DNA of 63,079 nucleotides, counting the filler. It is 6 parts of 6 records of this genome, joined end to end, with 100 filler letters (N's around TTAATTAATTAA, not from the genome) between each part and the next. Parts side by side here need not be neighbours in the genome. Positions count along the whole stretch, not along the records: positions 29,753 to 49,845 come from SRR31156797_22733; 5 more parts are not named here. The stretch is one strand, 5' to 3'. Shown here piece after piece: positions 30,005-40,484 of this stretch. Position 1 is the stretch's first letter; each line of letters starts with the position of its first letter. The notes beneath the pieces are model-generated. The model searched no databases. It was not told where the DNA came from and saw only the letters and a list, made by a program, of their open reading frames with translations. Both the position numbers and the translations under genes were made by a program.

Positions 30005-30838
30005 CTATTGCCCAGCTGCACGCAATACCATTGCCTGATGATCAGGACAGACTGCATTACTTCCATGAGTTCTGGAATTGTAAAAATGCATACAGCAGTG
30101 TCCATTGAAATTATTATCTGAAAGAGTGCTGGAAGAGTGAGGCTGAGCATTCATAGATGCAGCTACCAGCTCGCCGTCAATGATTGCAATTACCGCCATC
30201 CTTGCCCAGCCGAAGCTGCCGCCGTGAGCCAACCTTAGTTTCTCAGCATCGTCTGCCGTTACAGGCTCAACATCAGCATGTTTACTGCCACCGTATCGCT
30301 TTACCTGGAAGCTGTATCCGCTGTCTACAGCATAGACTGTAATAATCTTACCACGCTCAAATTTCTCATCCACATAGGAGAACCAATCCTGTATAGCTCC
30401 GTATTTTCCATCAAGGCTTGCTGCTTTTCCTGAATTGCCATTAACAACAATATTACCTGTGACATTAGTATTTGTACCTGAACTATTGCTAGCTCCTTTA
30501 TAAACGGATTCAACTACCGTATGAACAGCCTTTCTCTTGGCATCATTGCTGTAGAGAGCATTATAAGTTATATCATCTAATACTCCGCTCTCTCTGATAT
30601 CATTTTCATCTTGGAAATTCAATAGTGCTTTTTGGGTAAATTCACCATAGTAATTTGTAATCTTGTAGCTGTAATACCCTAAATCCTTCAGCCTTAGCTG
30701 AAGAAGGATAACTTCATCACCAGTATCTCCTACTTCTAGTATAATACCATCCTCAGCATAAGCAGGGATAAAACTGCTTCCACAAAACATAATACACAAA
30801 GCTATTAGCACAGCCAAAATCTTTATTCGTTTGTTCAT
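30005..30838 (-). CDS. Secreted peptidoglycan-binding domain protein
   Basis: Signal peptide; GDTGDEVILLQLRLKDLGY...YGEFTQKALLNFQ; C-terminal HADVEP / GHCCMHF domain. Confidence 0.8.
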   Translation of the reverse strand: MNKRIKILAVLIALCIMFCGSSFIPAYAEDGIILEVGDTGDEVILLQLRLKDLGYYSYKITNYYGEFTQKALLNFQDENDIRESGVLDDITYNALYSNDAKRKAVHTVVESVYKGASNSSGTNTNVTGNIVVNGNSGKAASLDGKYGAIQDWFSYVDEKFERGKIITVYAVDSGYSFQVKRYGGSKHADVEPVTADDAEKLRLAHGGSFGWARMAVIAIIDGELVAASMNAQPHSSSTLSDNNFNGHCCMHFYNSRTHGSNAVCPDHQAMVLRAAGQ

Positions 30839-31220
30839 TTTACCAATATTAAGCAATTATTTAGCTTAACCCTTTCTGATATCTCTTCATATGTTTATTT
30901 GTGCACATACAAAGATTATATGAATTAGAATAAGTAGTTATACATCTATGCGATTTATATTTTAATTCAATTACTAGCATATCCATTTGTGGAATTCTTA
31001 TACATTATTGTATGCAGTATCGACATATAATGTTACTCGTATATTGAGCAAATGGTTATGAAATGATTATAAATGTCTACTATTTTGTGGTTTTATTGGT
31101 ATTTAAATAAATTTTTAGGTGTAGAATCGTCTTTTGTAATCTCATGTTTTATTTGACTGTGATTATGTCAATAAATAAAGTGTAGTTTCACAATAGGTGA
31201 ATGTATTCTTTATATTATGT

Positions 31221-32300
31221 CTATTTAGTAATACTTTGTAGAAATTTAATAATTTCCTCTTTTGTGGGAGGACAGCCCTTTAAATATTTATTGAATTCAC
31301 AAGTGCAGTTACCAATTCCAATTTCACCTGATTTTCCTCGAAAAGCCTGACCAATGGATATTTCCTCAACGAATTTCTCCATTTCGCCTTGTTCATTTAA
31401 TTGATGAAGAGCTGACACCAAGGTAGAGTAACAGCTGGAACATGCATCAGCTGAATTTATTATATTCAGATATTTATTATCTTGATTCTTAATATTCACT
31501 GTGGATATGGCGTTGTCAATTAAAATGATTTTGGTGTTTTTATCCATAGCTTTACCGACACCAATCTCCGCCGCAATAGTAATATAATCAATCTGATTAA
31601 TATTGTATCCAAGCATATTTGCGGCATAGCTATCCATTAAAACAGGATCAAAGCATCCAAAAATTTTGTTGAAGTTATGGGGTCTTCCACCCTCCTCAAA
31701 ATATGGATCAGGGCAAATAGCGTCAGCAATTATCAAATCCTGCTTAATTGCTTTGCCAAGATATGCTATAGGTTTGTGAAGACCTAACCTGTGGAATCTT
31801 CTCTTTTCACTGTCAGGAATTAATCCCTTTTGATTTTTTAGTGCGCATGTGATATTGGTCTGGCAATGCCCTTTTACGAGGGGAACATTAATCAAGAAAT
31901 CAATCTTGTCCACAATATCGCAGATATTTAGTTTGTAATTATTAATTTCAACGCTGTGATATGAATCACTTTTTGCATCAAAGAGCTCTACAGCATATTT
32001 ATCGGCAAGGGCAGTATATCCGCATACATCAAATGCTGCCTTTGTATCACTCTCCCCTACCCACGCACTCTCGGCTATTACGATATTCGTAAACCCGAGT
32101 TTTTGCAGGAAGATTATTATTCCCTCAACAATCTCGCTGTGAGTGGTTGCGCCATTAAATGAAGGTGATGCAACAACTAAATTGGGCTTAATAGCAATTA
32201 ACGCATTTTTATTAATCGGTAGCGATATTTCCATCTGCTCCAATAATTCAATTGTGTTTTTTGTAGGCTCATCTCCGCCAATTACATAAATATTATTCAT
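31221..32300 (-). CDS. DUF362 family protein with Cys-rich C-terminus
   Basis: IKPNLV; ATTH; KGHCQT...ALKN; CSSC; GNC; GCPP. Confidence 0.85.
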   Translation of the reverse strand: MNNIYVIGGDEPTKNTIELLEQMEISLPINKNALIAIKPNLVVASPSFNGATTHSEIVEGIIIFLQKLGFTNIVIAESAWVGESDTKAAFDVCGYTALADKYAVELFDAKSDSYHSVEINNYKLNICDIVDKIDFLINVPLVKGHCQTNITCALKNQKGLIPDSEKRRFHRLGLHKPIAYLGKAIKQDLIIADAICPDPYFEEGGRPHNFNKIFGCFDPVLMDSYAANMLGYNINQIDYITIAAEIGVGKAMDKNTKIILIDNAISTVNIKNQDNKYLNIINSADACSSCYSTLVSALHQLNEQGEMEKFVEEISIGQAFRGKSGEIGIGNCTCEFNKYLKGCPPTKEEIIKFLQSITK

Positions 32301-32320
32301 AATCTTATTATTCTTATAAA

Positions 32321-33493
32321 TTATTTTCTTACTGCTCCAGTTTTGATGGCAGATTTAGCAACAGCCTCTGCTACAGCCTGGCTTACTTTCTTGTCCAAAG
32401 CACTTGGAATAATATAATCATCACTTAGTTCATCATCTGGTACGAAAGAGCTTATTGCCAAGGCAGCAGATAACTTCATTTCATCATTAATATCACTTGC
32501 ATTTACATCAAGTGCTCCACGAAATACTCCCGGGAAAGCCAGAACATTGTTAATCTGATTAGCAAAATCGCTTCTGCCGGTTCCAACTATTCTTGCACCA
32601 GCTTTCTTAGCCAAATCCGGCATAATCTCAGGGACTGGATTACTCATGGCAAAGACTATAGCATCATCGTTCATAGATGCAATCATCTCCTCTGATACAA
32701 TATTTGCACATGCAACACCAATGAATACATCAGCACCTTTTATTACATCCTTTAATGCACCCTTATCATTGTTGGGATTTGTGAAATCTGCTAGCTGCTT
32801 ATGTTCATCAGAAAGGCTTTCATCATCTCCTGATATTGCACCCATTTTATCGCATACTATAATGTTTACTATACCATAGCTATAAAGCAGCTTAGTAATA
32901 GCTGTACCTGCGGCACCTGCTCCTACCAATACTACCTTAATATTCTTCTTATCTTTTCCTGTCAGCTTCAAAGCATTGATTAATGCCGCCAAAACTACAA
33001 TAGCAGTCCCATGCTGATCATCATGAAATATTGGAATATCGCAGCGTTCCTTCAAACGTCTCTCTATCTCAAAGCACCTAGGAGCACCAATATCCTCCAG
33101 ATTAATACCACCAAAGCTCTGTGATATATTATAAATTGTATTGACAATTTCATCAGTATCCTTTGTATTTATGCAGATTGGAAATCCGTCTACATCACCA
33201 AACTCCTTTAGCAGAACGCACTTACCCTCCATTACTGGCATACTCGCTAATGGTCCAATATCCCCAAGTCCCAAAACGGCAGTACCATCTGTAATTACTG
33301 CAACTGTGTTCCACCTTCTGGTTAGGTTATAGCTCTCCTCTGGATTGCTGTGAATAGCCTTACATACATGAGCAACACCAGGGGTATATGCCAGCGACAG
33401 TGATTCCCTGCTATCTACCTTAGCTCTTGAAATCATCTCTATTTTGCCTTTTAATTCTCTGTGAAATTTAATTGCTTCATTTTCTTTAGACAT
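32321..33493 (-). CDS. NAD(P)-dependent malic enzyme
   Basis: AYTPGVA; DGTAVLGLGDIG; NLEDI; FHDDQHGTA; NQINNVLAFPG. Confidence 0.95.
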   Translation of the reverse strand: MSKENEAIKFHRELKGKIEMISRAKVDSRESLSLAYTPGVAHVCKAIHSNPEESYNLTRRWNTVAVITDGTAVLGLGDIGPLASMPVMEGKCVLLKEFGDVDGFPICINTKDTDEIVNTIYNISQSFGGINLEDIGAPRCFEIERRLKERCDIPIFHDDQHGTAIVVLAALINALKLTGKDKKNIKVVLVGAGAAGTAITKLLYSYGIVNIIVCDKMGAISGDDESLSDEHKQLADFTNPNNDKGALKDVIKGADVFIGVACANIVSEEMIASMNDDAIVFAMSNPVPEIMPDLAKKAGARIVGTGRSDFANQINNVLAFPGVFRGALDVNASDINDEMKLSAALAISSFVPDDELSDDYIIPSALDKKVSQAVAEAVAKSAIKTGAVRK

Positions 33494-33509
33494 ATTTACC
33501 TCATAAATC

Positions 33510-34097
33510 TTATAATTTTGCCTTCTTTTTAGTTCTCTTCTTTATCTTATGCTTCTTGACAAAGAACAACTTATACACTCCAAATCCAATTAATGCTCCA
33601 AGAGTATTCAAGATTAAGTCATCAGTATCAAAAGATCTATCGCCTAAGCCCGATAGATTTAGTATAAGCTGGCTTACTTCAATAAAAAGAGACCATACAA
33701 AGCCGGGTACAATAGCAAAATACCATTTTCTCATTTTCGAAAAAAGCATAGGTGGGAAGAATCCAGCTGGTATAAACATAATAATGTTTCCAAGAAACTG
33801 TCTTGCCGCTCCTACTTGACCATCCATCATATTCATAAATTGCTGAGGAATCAAGGAAAAAGGTACTAAATTCCACGGTCTTTGATAAACCAATCTTTCT
33901 ATAAAGGTATATTCCAAATTTGCACTATTAGTTGCTGGTAAAGTCATTGCCATCATTATTAGCATATACGAAACCCAGAGAGTAGCGAGAATTGCTCTCT
34001 CCAGGCGTTTAGACTTTTGAGATAAAAGTACCAGTACAATGGTAATAGTTAATAGAATAGCCAGCAGTTTCAGCGATGGCTGTGCAAGTTGTAACAA
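33510..34097 (-). CDS. VanZ family membrane protein
   Basis: NLVPF; GNIIMFIPAG; SLFIEVSQ; FDTDDLILNTLG. Confidence 0.88.
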   Translation of the reverse strand: MLQLAQPSLKLLAILLTITIVLVLLSQKSKRLERAILATLWVSYMLIMMAMTLPATNSANLEYTFIERLVYQRPWNLVPFSLIPQQFMNMMDGQVGAARQFLGNIIMFIPAGFFPPMLFSKMRKWYFAIVPGFVWSLFIEVSQLILNLSGLGDRSFDTDDLILNTLGALIGFGVYKLFFVKKHKIKKRTKKKAKL

Positions 34098-34109
34098 ACT
34101 GATTACTCC

Positions 34110-35459
34110 TTATTTTATATATATAATATCGCCAGATGATTTTTCATTAATACCACTTGGTTCATTCATTACGACACCGTTATAAACCATTGTGCTGACT
34201 GCTCCGCCATATAAATTATATGCAACTTCACAGCCGTACTGTTCGAATAAATGAGCAAATTCTACAAGGGTTGGACCCGGATAATCCAGTCGTCTACCAT
34301 CAGCAACGATAAGAATATAATGCCCAGGCTCTATCATACCGATTCCAGTTCTAGGATTTGGCGGATTAGTATTTGACCTGCCAGTGAAATCATCATATGC
34401 TGCACCATTCTTAACCAGAACAGGACCTGCTGACCAGCATTCGACAACACCTGCTTCCACCATTTCTTCAGCAGTCATTTCATCCTCATCAATACCCTCC
34501 ATGCGTCCGTCATCATACAATAGAAGCATTTCATAGTCCTGACTATCTCTTAAGATTTCTCCGTTTCTGATAGCAACACCCTTATCATGATATGAAACAA
34601 AGTCACCGTTTATTGCAAGTATAGCTCCAACTTCTTCAGCCATTTCGGTTGGTGTCATGCGATTTGTTCTGTCTAATTCAGTGTCAACCATATAGGTTGC
34701 CAGACTGCCAGGCTCACACCATACCTCAGCAACAAAGAATTGCTGGGTTTCTTCCTTTACTGCATCCAAATGTATAGTAGTTGTTCCATTTTCATATACA
34801 TATTCTTCCTCAACCACACGTGTTGATGGTGTGGCTGACGGCTGAGCAGCAAGCTCTGCTTCCTGTTCGTCAGACAATGGGTAGTATCCTTCCACATAAT
34901 ATGTATTAGTAATATATCCTGCTCCGTTTAGGAACTTAATCTTTAACCATCTGCCCTTTTCAAGGACTTCAACAATGCTATCCTGTGGCAGAACGCCCAT
35001 TCTGCTGTATTCTGGCGAAGCACCAGTACGTACATTAATCAAATCACCATCTATCCAGCCTACTTCTATAACTTCCTCATCACCATCCAATGACAGTGGT
35101 GAAACAGCATCCCCTGGTATCTTTGGTGTTGGTCCAGGAACTAGAGTTGGCTCAGGTGTTGGACTCGGCGTTGGGCTTGGTGTTATCTCTACTGAAGGCT
35201 CTGGAGTTGATTCCACAGTTGCATCAGTATTATTTATAGCTGACGCATCAATACTGACTGTTTCTTGTTTATCAAACACTCCATTAGCTAATAACACAAT
35301 TAGCGAAACTCCCATTAAGGCAAGAGCGATTATACTAGTTAGGATTATTTTGAAAGCTGGTGTATATTCCATTGTATCAAACTGCCCGCCTGTTGGACGC
35401 ATATACTTACGCTTTATTCTATTTTTAAATTTTCTGAATTTATAAAGAAAGTCGCTCAT
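34110..35459 (-). CDS. Membrane-anchored SH3b + phosphodiester glycosidase (NAGPA/DUF2233) protein
   Basis: TM helix, Pro/Thr linker, INVRTGAS SH3b, AINGDF, GPVLV, PRTGIG, ADGR. Confidence 0.85.
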   Translation of the reverse strand: MSDFLYKFRKFKNRIKRKYMRPTGGQFDTMEYTPAFKIILTSIIALALMGVSLIVLLANGVFDKQETVSIDASAINNTDATVESTPEPSVEITPSPTPSPTPEPTLVPGPTPKIPGDAVSPLSLDGDEEVIEVGWIDGDLINVRTGASPEYSRMGVLPQDSIVEVLEKGRWLKIKFLNGAGYITNTYYVEGYYPLSDEQEAELAAQPSATPSTRVVEEEYVYENGTTTIHLDAVKEETQQFFVAEVWCEPGSLATYMVDTELDRTNRMTPTEMAEEVGAILAINGDFVSYHDKGVAIRNGEILRDSQDYEMLLLYDDGRMEGIDEDEMTAEEMVEAGVVECWSAGPVLVKNGAAYDDFTGRSNTNPPNPRTGIGMIEPGHYILIVADGRRLDYPGPTLVEFAHLFEQYGCEVAYNLYGGAVSTMVYNGVVMNEPSGINEKSSGDIIYIK

Positions 35460-35746
35460 TTTTATATCTCCATATTTAAATCAATCAAATGCATATTGCA
35501 AGTATTAAGTATTCTTCACTTAAAATATTATAGCACAATATGTCAAGTTATAGTGTAAGTAATATTTGACTTAATGTATTATTCATAACCAAATATAATA
35601 TAAACTCTAATAAAAAATGGTCTGATACTATTGCAACATAATAATTCTCATGTTACAGTGTACTAATCTGGGATTAATTTATAAAAAATAGATTTCCAGA
35701 TAAATGGACTTATTAATTTTATTATTTGTACAAGGAAGGTGAAAAT

Positions 35747-36736
35747 ATGTGGACACTAGCAATTGATGCTATGGGCGGAGACAACGCTCCAAAGGATATA
35801 ATAGACGGTACTCTAAAGGCATTAAGCAATCATAAGGACATCCAGATACTGCTATATGGCATTGAGGATGAAATTAAAAAACACTTAGATGAGGTACCAG
35901 ACAGGGTAACAATTATTGATACACCAGAAGTAATTGAAACATGCGAACCACCTCTGATTGCCATCAGAAAGAAAAAGGATTCCAGTCTGATGATGGGTTT
36001 AGAAGCTGTAAAGGAAAAGAAAGCTGATGCTTTCATCTCAGCTGGTTCGACTGGTGCTGTATTAGCTGGTGCTCTCTTTAGAGTGGGAAGAATAAAGGGA
36101 ATAGAACGACCAGCATTAGCTCCTGTTCTGCCGTCAAAATCTGGTAAAACATTGCTGATTGACTGCGGTGCCAACGCAGACTGCGAAGAGAAATTCCTGC
36201 TGCAATTTGCTCAGATGGGTTCTGCTTATATGGAATTAGTGGAAGGTGTTGATAATCCACGCATTAGCTTAGTTAATAACGGTACTGAAGAAGGTAAAGG
36301 AAATAAGCTGTACAAAGGTGTTCATCAGTCACTAAAGGAATTAAGCGGAATTAATTTTGTTGGAAATATTGAAGCACGAGATGCTGTTCAGGGGCTGTGT
36401 GATGTATTAGTATGTGACGGCTTCACAGGAAATGTACTGTTAAAATCAACAGAGGGTATAGCACTATATATCTTCGATTTATTGAAAAAAGAGATAACAA
36501 AGAATGCATTTACAAAGCTAGGATATTTGTTGCTAAAAAAAGGATTTAAAAATCTGAAAGGAGCTCTAGATTACAAAGAATACGGCGGTGCACCACTTCT
36601 GGGTGTACAAGGTTGCATAATAAAAGCTCACGGTTCATCAGATGAATTATCATTCTCTTCAGCTATTAATCAGGCAATCACATATCTGGAAAAAGACGTA
36701 ACAAACAAAATCAGTGAAAAAATTCAAGCAAAATAA
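35747..36736 (+). CDS. plsX: Phosphate acyltransferase
   Basis: AIDAMGGDNAP; SAGSTGA; DCGANAD; GGAPLLGV; KAHGSS. Confidence 0.96.
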   Translation: MWTLAIDAMGGDNAPKDIIDGTLKALSNHKDIQILLYGIEDEIKKHLDEVPDRVTIIDTPEVIETCEPPLIAIRKKKDSSLMMGLEAVKEKKADAFISAGSTGAVLAGALFRVGRIKGIERPALAPVLPSKSGKTLLIDCGANADCEEKFLLQFAQMGSAYMELVEGVDNPRISLVNNGTEEGKGNKLYKGVHQSLKELSGINFVGNIEARDAVQGLCDVLVCDGFTGNVLLKSTEGIALYIFDLLKKEITKNAFTKLGYLLLKKGFKNLKGALDYKEYGGAPLLGVQGCIIKAHGSSDELSFSSAINQAITYLEKDVTNKISEKIQAK

Positions 36737-36844
36737 TACTTACAACTATAGTTAAAATCTAGTTGAGAATAAGATAAAAAATTGATATAATATTATGTGA
36801 TTGATATTTATGTCATTAATAAGAACATTACGGAGGCACAACTC

Positions 36845-37081
36845 ATGGTATTTGAGAAAGTAAAGAACATTATTGCAGAACAATTAGGTGACATTTCAGC
36901 TGATGAAATCACATTGGAATCATCTTTAGCTGACGATTTAAAAGCTGATTCAGTTAATGTAGTTGGTATCATTATGGATATCGAAGAAGAATTTGATTTC
37001 GAATTTCCTCAAGAGGAAGAGGAAATGAAGAAAATCGTCACTGTAGGAGACGTGGTGAAGTATATTGAAGAACAACTATAA
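36845..37081 (+). CDS. acpP: Acyl carrier protein
   Basis: Acidic, 78 aa; LKADSV attachment serine; [17 protein letters not shown]; between plsX and rnc. Confidence 0.92.
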   Translation: MVFEKVKNIIAEQLGDISADEITLESSLADDLKADSVNVVGIIMDIEEEFDFEFPQEEEEMKKIVTVGDVVKYIEEQL

Positions 37082-37760
37082 TCTAGCACAAGTTGAAAAC
37101 ATTATAGGTTATACATTCAATAATAAGGCACTTATCATTAGTGCCTTAACTCATTCATCTGCTATTATTGACAATCCCAAGCTAACAAGCTATGAACGGC
37201 TGGAGTATTTAGGTGATGCAGTACTTGATCTATTGGTAACAACACTACTGTTTGAAAGCTTCCCCAACAAAAGCGAGGGCTGGATGACGAAGGTAAGAGC
37301 GTCTATTGTATCCGAAACACCATTAGCTGAGATAGCCAGAGAGCTAAATCTAGGCAGTCACTTAATTCTTGGAAAAGGTACCGAGAATGCAGGGGGCAGG
37401 GAACTTCCATCAATATTGGCAGACACTATTGAAGCAATTATTGGAGCAATATACGTGGACAGCAGTATTGAGAATGCAGAAAAGTTTATACTTCCATTTA
37501 TGAAAACCAAGCTGACAGATTCTATTAGCAGCGGAATGTATTTCGATTACAAGACCAGATTACAGGAACTAATCCAGAAAAACGGAAGCGTAATCATTAA
37601 GTATGACCTTATTGATGAACAGGGACCATCCCATGACAAGATATTTACTACAAAAGTCATGGTTGACAACAAGGAAATGGGAACAGGAAAAGGGAAGAGC
37701 AAGAAAGCTTCACAGCAGGCAGCGGCAAAAAATGCACTAGATGTATTGGAAGGCAAGTAG
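37065..37760 (+). CDS. rnc: Ribonuclease III
   Basis: [21 protein letters not shown]; ds[11 protein letters not shown]...[12 protein letters not shown]. Confidence 0.96.
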   Translation: MKNNYNLAQVENIIGYTFNNKALIISALTHSSAIIDNPKLTSYERLEYLGDAVLDLLVTTLLFESFPNKSEGWMTKVRASIVSETPLAEIARELNLGSHLILGKGTENAGGRELPSILADTIEAIIGAIYVDSSIENAEKFILPFMKTKLTDSISSGMYFDYKTRLQELIQKNGSVIIKYDLIDEQGPSHDKIFTTKVMVDNKEMGTGKGKSKKASQQAAAKNALDVLEGK

Positions 37761-37842
37761 TATTTTATCTTAAGCAAGATATGTAATGACATTATTGTTT
37801 TGCTTAAACGAAAATATGGGTATTGTTAAGTGAGGTATTAAT

Positions 37843-38478
37843 ATGAATGATAATCCAAGTACACAAGGAACCGATATCGTCAGTAAGTTAATTGAATTTA
37901 TCAAGAAATCTTTTCAGGTTACATTCAAGTATTTCTGGGGCAAAACATTAGCTTCAATAATACTAGGACTAATTGCATTTGGCTGGTTCAAACTAGTTGG
38001 TTTTGAGCAAGAGGGTGCTATGGCAATAATAATCGGCGTAGCTAATCTGATTCCAGTAATCGGCGGACTGGCAGCAAGTATTATCTGCGGAGTAATTACA
38101 GCATTTAATCCTCCGCTTATCAACATATTATGGGTAATTCTGTCCATATTAGTTTTACAGCAGATTGACCAATGGATAATAACCCCTTTGGTAGTTGGTA
38201 ATTCAGTTAGTCTTCCTCCGCTCTTGATATGTCTGGCTCTTATTGCAGGAAGCTGGCTATGGGGAGCTGTTGGCATATTGATAGCAGTACCTGTTGCAGC
38301 CATCATCAAGCTATTCTACACAATGTTTATCCGAAAGGAAGAAACGCCTGATTTGACCATAGAAGGCAAGGCGGATGTAGTGATAGAGGATGCAACCGCA
38401 AAGGATGCAGAGCCTGATGATACGACAGAGAATATTAATACGGGAAATACCACATCAACAGACGATGAAGAACAATAA
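37843..38478 (+). CDS. AI-2E (PerM) family membrane protein, short form
   Basis: NLIPVIG; QQIDQWIITPLVVG; GILIAVPVAA. Confidence 0.8.
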   Translation: MNDNPSTQGTDIVSKLIEFIKKSFQVTFKYFWGKTLASIILGLIAFGWFKLVGFEQEGAMAIIIGVANLIPVIGGLAASIICGVITAFNPPLINILWVILSILVLQQIDQWIITPLVVGNSVSLPPLLICLALIAGSWLWGAVGILIAVPVAAIIKLFYTMFIRKEETPDLTIEGKADVVIEDATAKDAEPDDTTENINTGNTTSTDDEEQ

Positions 38479-38487
38479 TTAAGAGCA

Positions 38488-38525
38488 AACAGCTAAGAAA
38501 TATAATAATTCCTTAGCTGTTTTTT
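38488..38525 (+). terminator. Intrinsic terminator
   Basis: AAACAGCTAAG / CTTAGCTGTTT stem followed by a T-run. Confidence 0.7.
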
Positions 38526-38587
38526 ATTTGTGATTTATCTCAATATATGATATTTTATAAATAATAAACAATTATATTGGAGACAAG

Positions 38588-39142
38588 ATGATTACATTGG
38601 TAACAGGAGGCGCACGAAGCGGAAAGAGTACCTTTGCAGAAGAGATATGCAGAGACAGCAATCAAGTTATCTATATTGCCTGTGCGAAAGTTACTGATGA
38701 AGAAATGCAGGATCGTGTAGATAAGCACAAAGCACAAAGACCAAGCACTTGGTACACTTTGGAAGCCTACAAGAATCTAGACCCACTGCTTTTTAATTTG
38801 GATAAATTCTCAAAAGCTCAATATATTCTCCTAGACTGCATAACAACTATGATTACAAATCATATGATGGACTTTGATTTAGACTATGATACCTGTACAA
38901 TGGATGAGATTGAAATGGTTGAGACAAGCATAGTTACCGAGATAAATAATTTGCTTAACCTTTTTAAAGACAGCAATAAACATTTAGTGATTGTAACAAA
39001 CGAAGTCGGGCTTGGACTGGTACCAGCATTTAGAATGGGCAGGATTTTTAGAGACATTGCTGGCAGATGCAATAAGCTGATTGCATCTAATGCAGACAGT
39101 GTTTATATGCTGGTTTCCGGTATTGATATAAAGATAAAGTAG
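38588..39142 (+). CDS. cobU: Adenosylcobinamide kinase / phosphate guanylyltransferase
   Basis: GGARSGKS; HKAQRP; LLDC; VTNEVGLG; FRDIAG. Confidence 0.95.
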   Translation: MITLVTGGARSGKSTFAEEICRDSNQVIYIACAKVTDEEMQDRVDKHKAQRPSTWYTLEAYKNLDPLLFNLDKFSKAQYILLDCITTMITNHMMDFDLDYDTCTMDEIEMVETSIVTEINNLLNLFKDSNKHLVIVTNEVGLGLVPAFRMGRIFRDIAGRCNKLIASNADSVYMLVSGIDIKIK

Positions 39143-39150
39143 GATTATTT

Positions 39151-39912
39151 GTGAAAAGATTTCTAGGAATGTTAACATTCTTTACCAGAATACCAATTAG
39201 AATAAAGAGTGATTTAACATATAATGACTATGTAAAAGGTGTATGGTTCCTGCCTCTTGTCAGCTTAATAATAGGTGTATTGGTAAGTGCTGTAAACATT
39301 GCATTGCGTTTGGTAAGCAGTAATATTGCAGCATTATTATCCTTAATGTTTTATCTGTATCTGACAGGCGGACTGCATATTGACGGCATGGCAGATACTA
39401 TGGATGCACTAGGTTCTAACAGGGATAAATCCCGTATGCTGGAAATAATGAAGGACAGCAGAATAGGTACATTTGGTGTACTTGCTATAGTAATCTACTG
39501 CATTGCTATGGTAACAGCTATAAATATCTCAGGCTGGACAATATGCCTTCTCTTCCCTATTGTCGGCAGAAATGCAGCTATCCTTATAGGTTCACAATTT
39601 AATTATGCCCGAGAGGACGGCATGGGAAAGAGCTTCATTGATGGAACAAATATCTGGATACTAGTTATTGGCAGTGTATTATTTATTGGTATTATTCTGC
39701 TCGTCCCAATTGAATCAATCAGATTAATATCATTATTAGCAGCTTACTTATTATCACTTACAATTATATACTTGACTGTAAGGAAAATCTCAAAGAAATT
39801 AGAAGGAATAACAGGCGATGTAATAGGCTTTACAATTGAATTGAGCCAGCTTGTTTTTCTATTAATAAATATTCTAACATATAATATTATAAGGATAGTG
39901 GTAAACATATGA
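39151..39912 (+). CDS. cobS: Cobalamin 5'-phosphate synthase
   Basis: FFTRIP; TGGLHIDGMADT; IMKDSRIGTFG; GITGDVIG. Confidence 0.95.
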   Translation: MKRFLGMLTFFTRIPIRIKSDLTYNDYVKGVWFLPLVSLIIGVLVSAVNIALRLVSSNIAALLSLMFYLYLTGGLHIDGMADTMDALGSNRDKSRMLEIMKDSRIGTFGVLAIVIYCIAMVTAINISGWTICLLFPIVGRNAAILIGSQFNYAREDGMGKSFIDGTNIWILVIGSVLFIGIILLVPIESIRLISLLAAYLLSLTIIYLTVRKISKKLEGITGDVIGFTIELSQLVFLLINILTYNIIRIVVNI

Positions 39913-40484
39913 TATATTTAGTACGACATGGACAAACAATAGCAAATACGAAATCTCTTTACTGCGGCGTTAATGACTCCCCTTTAACCGAAAAAGGAGT
40001 TCGTCAGAGCAAAAAAGCAGTTGATTCATTAAAAAACAAAACAATAGACATTATCTATTCCAGTCAAAGAGAGAGATGTCAGTATATTGCAAAAGCATTA
40101 TCAGAAGCATTGGGCATTGAGTACGTAACTGATAAAAGATTAAATGAATTTAACTTTGGAATCTTGGAAAATCTAACATATGAAGAAATTCAGGACAGGC
40201 ATCCCGATGTGCTTAATAGATGGCTTAACGAAAGTGATTACATTATTCCAGAAGGTGAAAGCAGAGCACTTGTAGATAAAAGATTATCTAACTTTCTAAA
40301 AACTGAAAGCCATAACCTACAGTCAAAAAACGTTGCTGTAATTGCTCATCAAGGTACAAACATCAAATTATTATGTCAGCTTCTAAATATTGCAAGAGAA
40401 AACATCTGGCATTTCAGAATAAACAACGGAGCTGTTGTGAAAATTGACAACGACAAAGGATTCTATTATATGGTGATAGACTAA
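39909..40484 (+). CDS. cobC: Alpha-ribazole phosphatase (histidine phosphatase family)
   Basis: LVRHGQT; LNEFNFG; PEGES; IAHQG; located between cobS and cobT. Confidence 0.85.
   Translation: MIYLVRHGQTIANTKSLYCGVNDSPLTEKGVRQSKKAVDSLKNKTIDIIYSSQRERCQYIAKALSEALGIEYVTDKRLNEFNFGILENLTYEEIQDRHPDVLNRWLNESDYIIPEGESRALVDKRLSNFLKTESHNLQSKNVAVIAHQGTNIKLLCQLLNIARENIWHFRINNGAVVKIDNDKGFYYMVID

Noticed and set aside
36845-37081. ACP with DSV instead of DSL as a specialised carrier
   Set aside because: The serine is intact and the plsX-acpP-rnc context is standard
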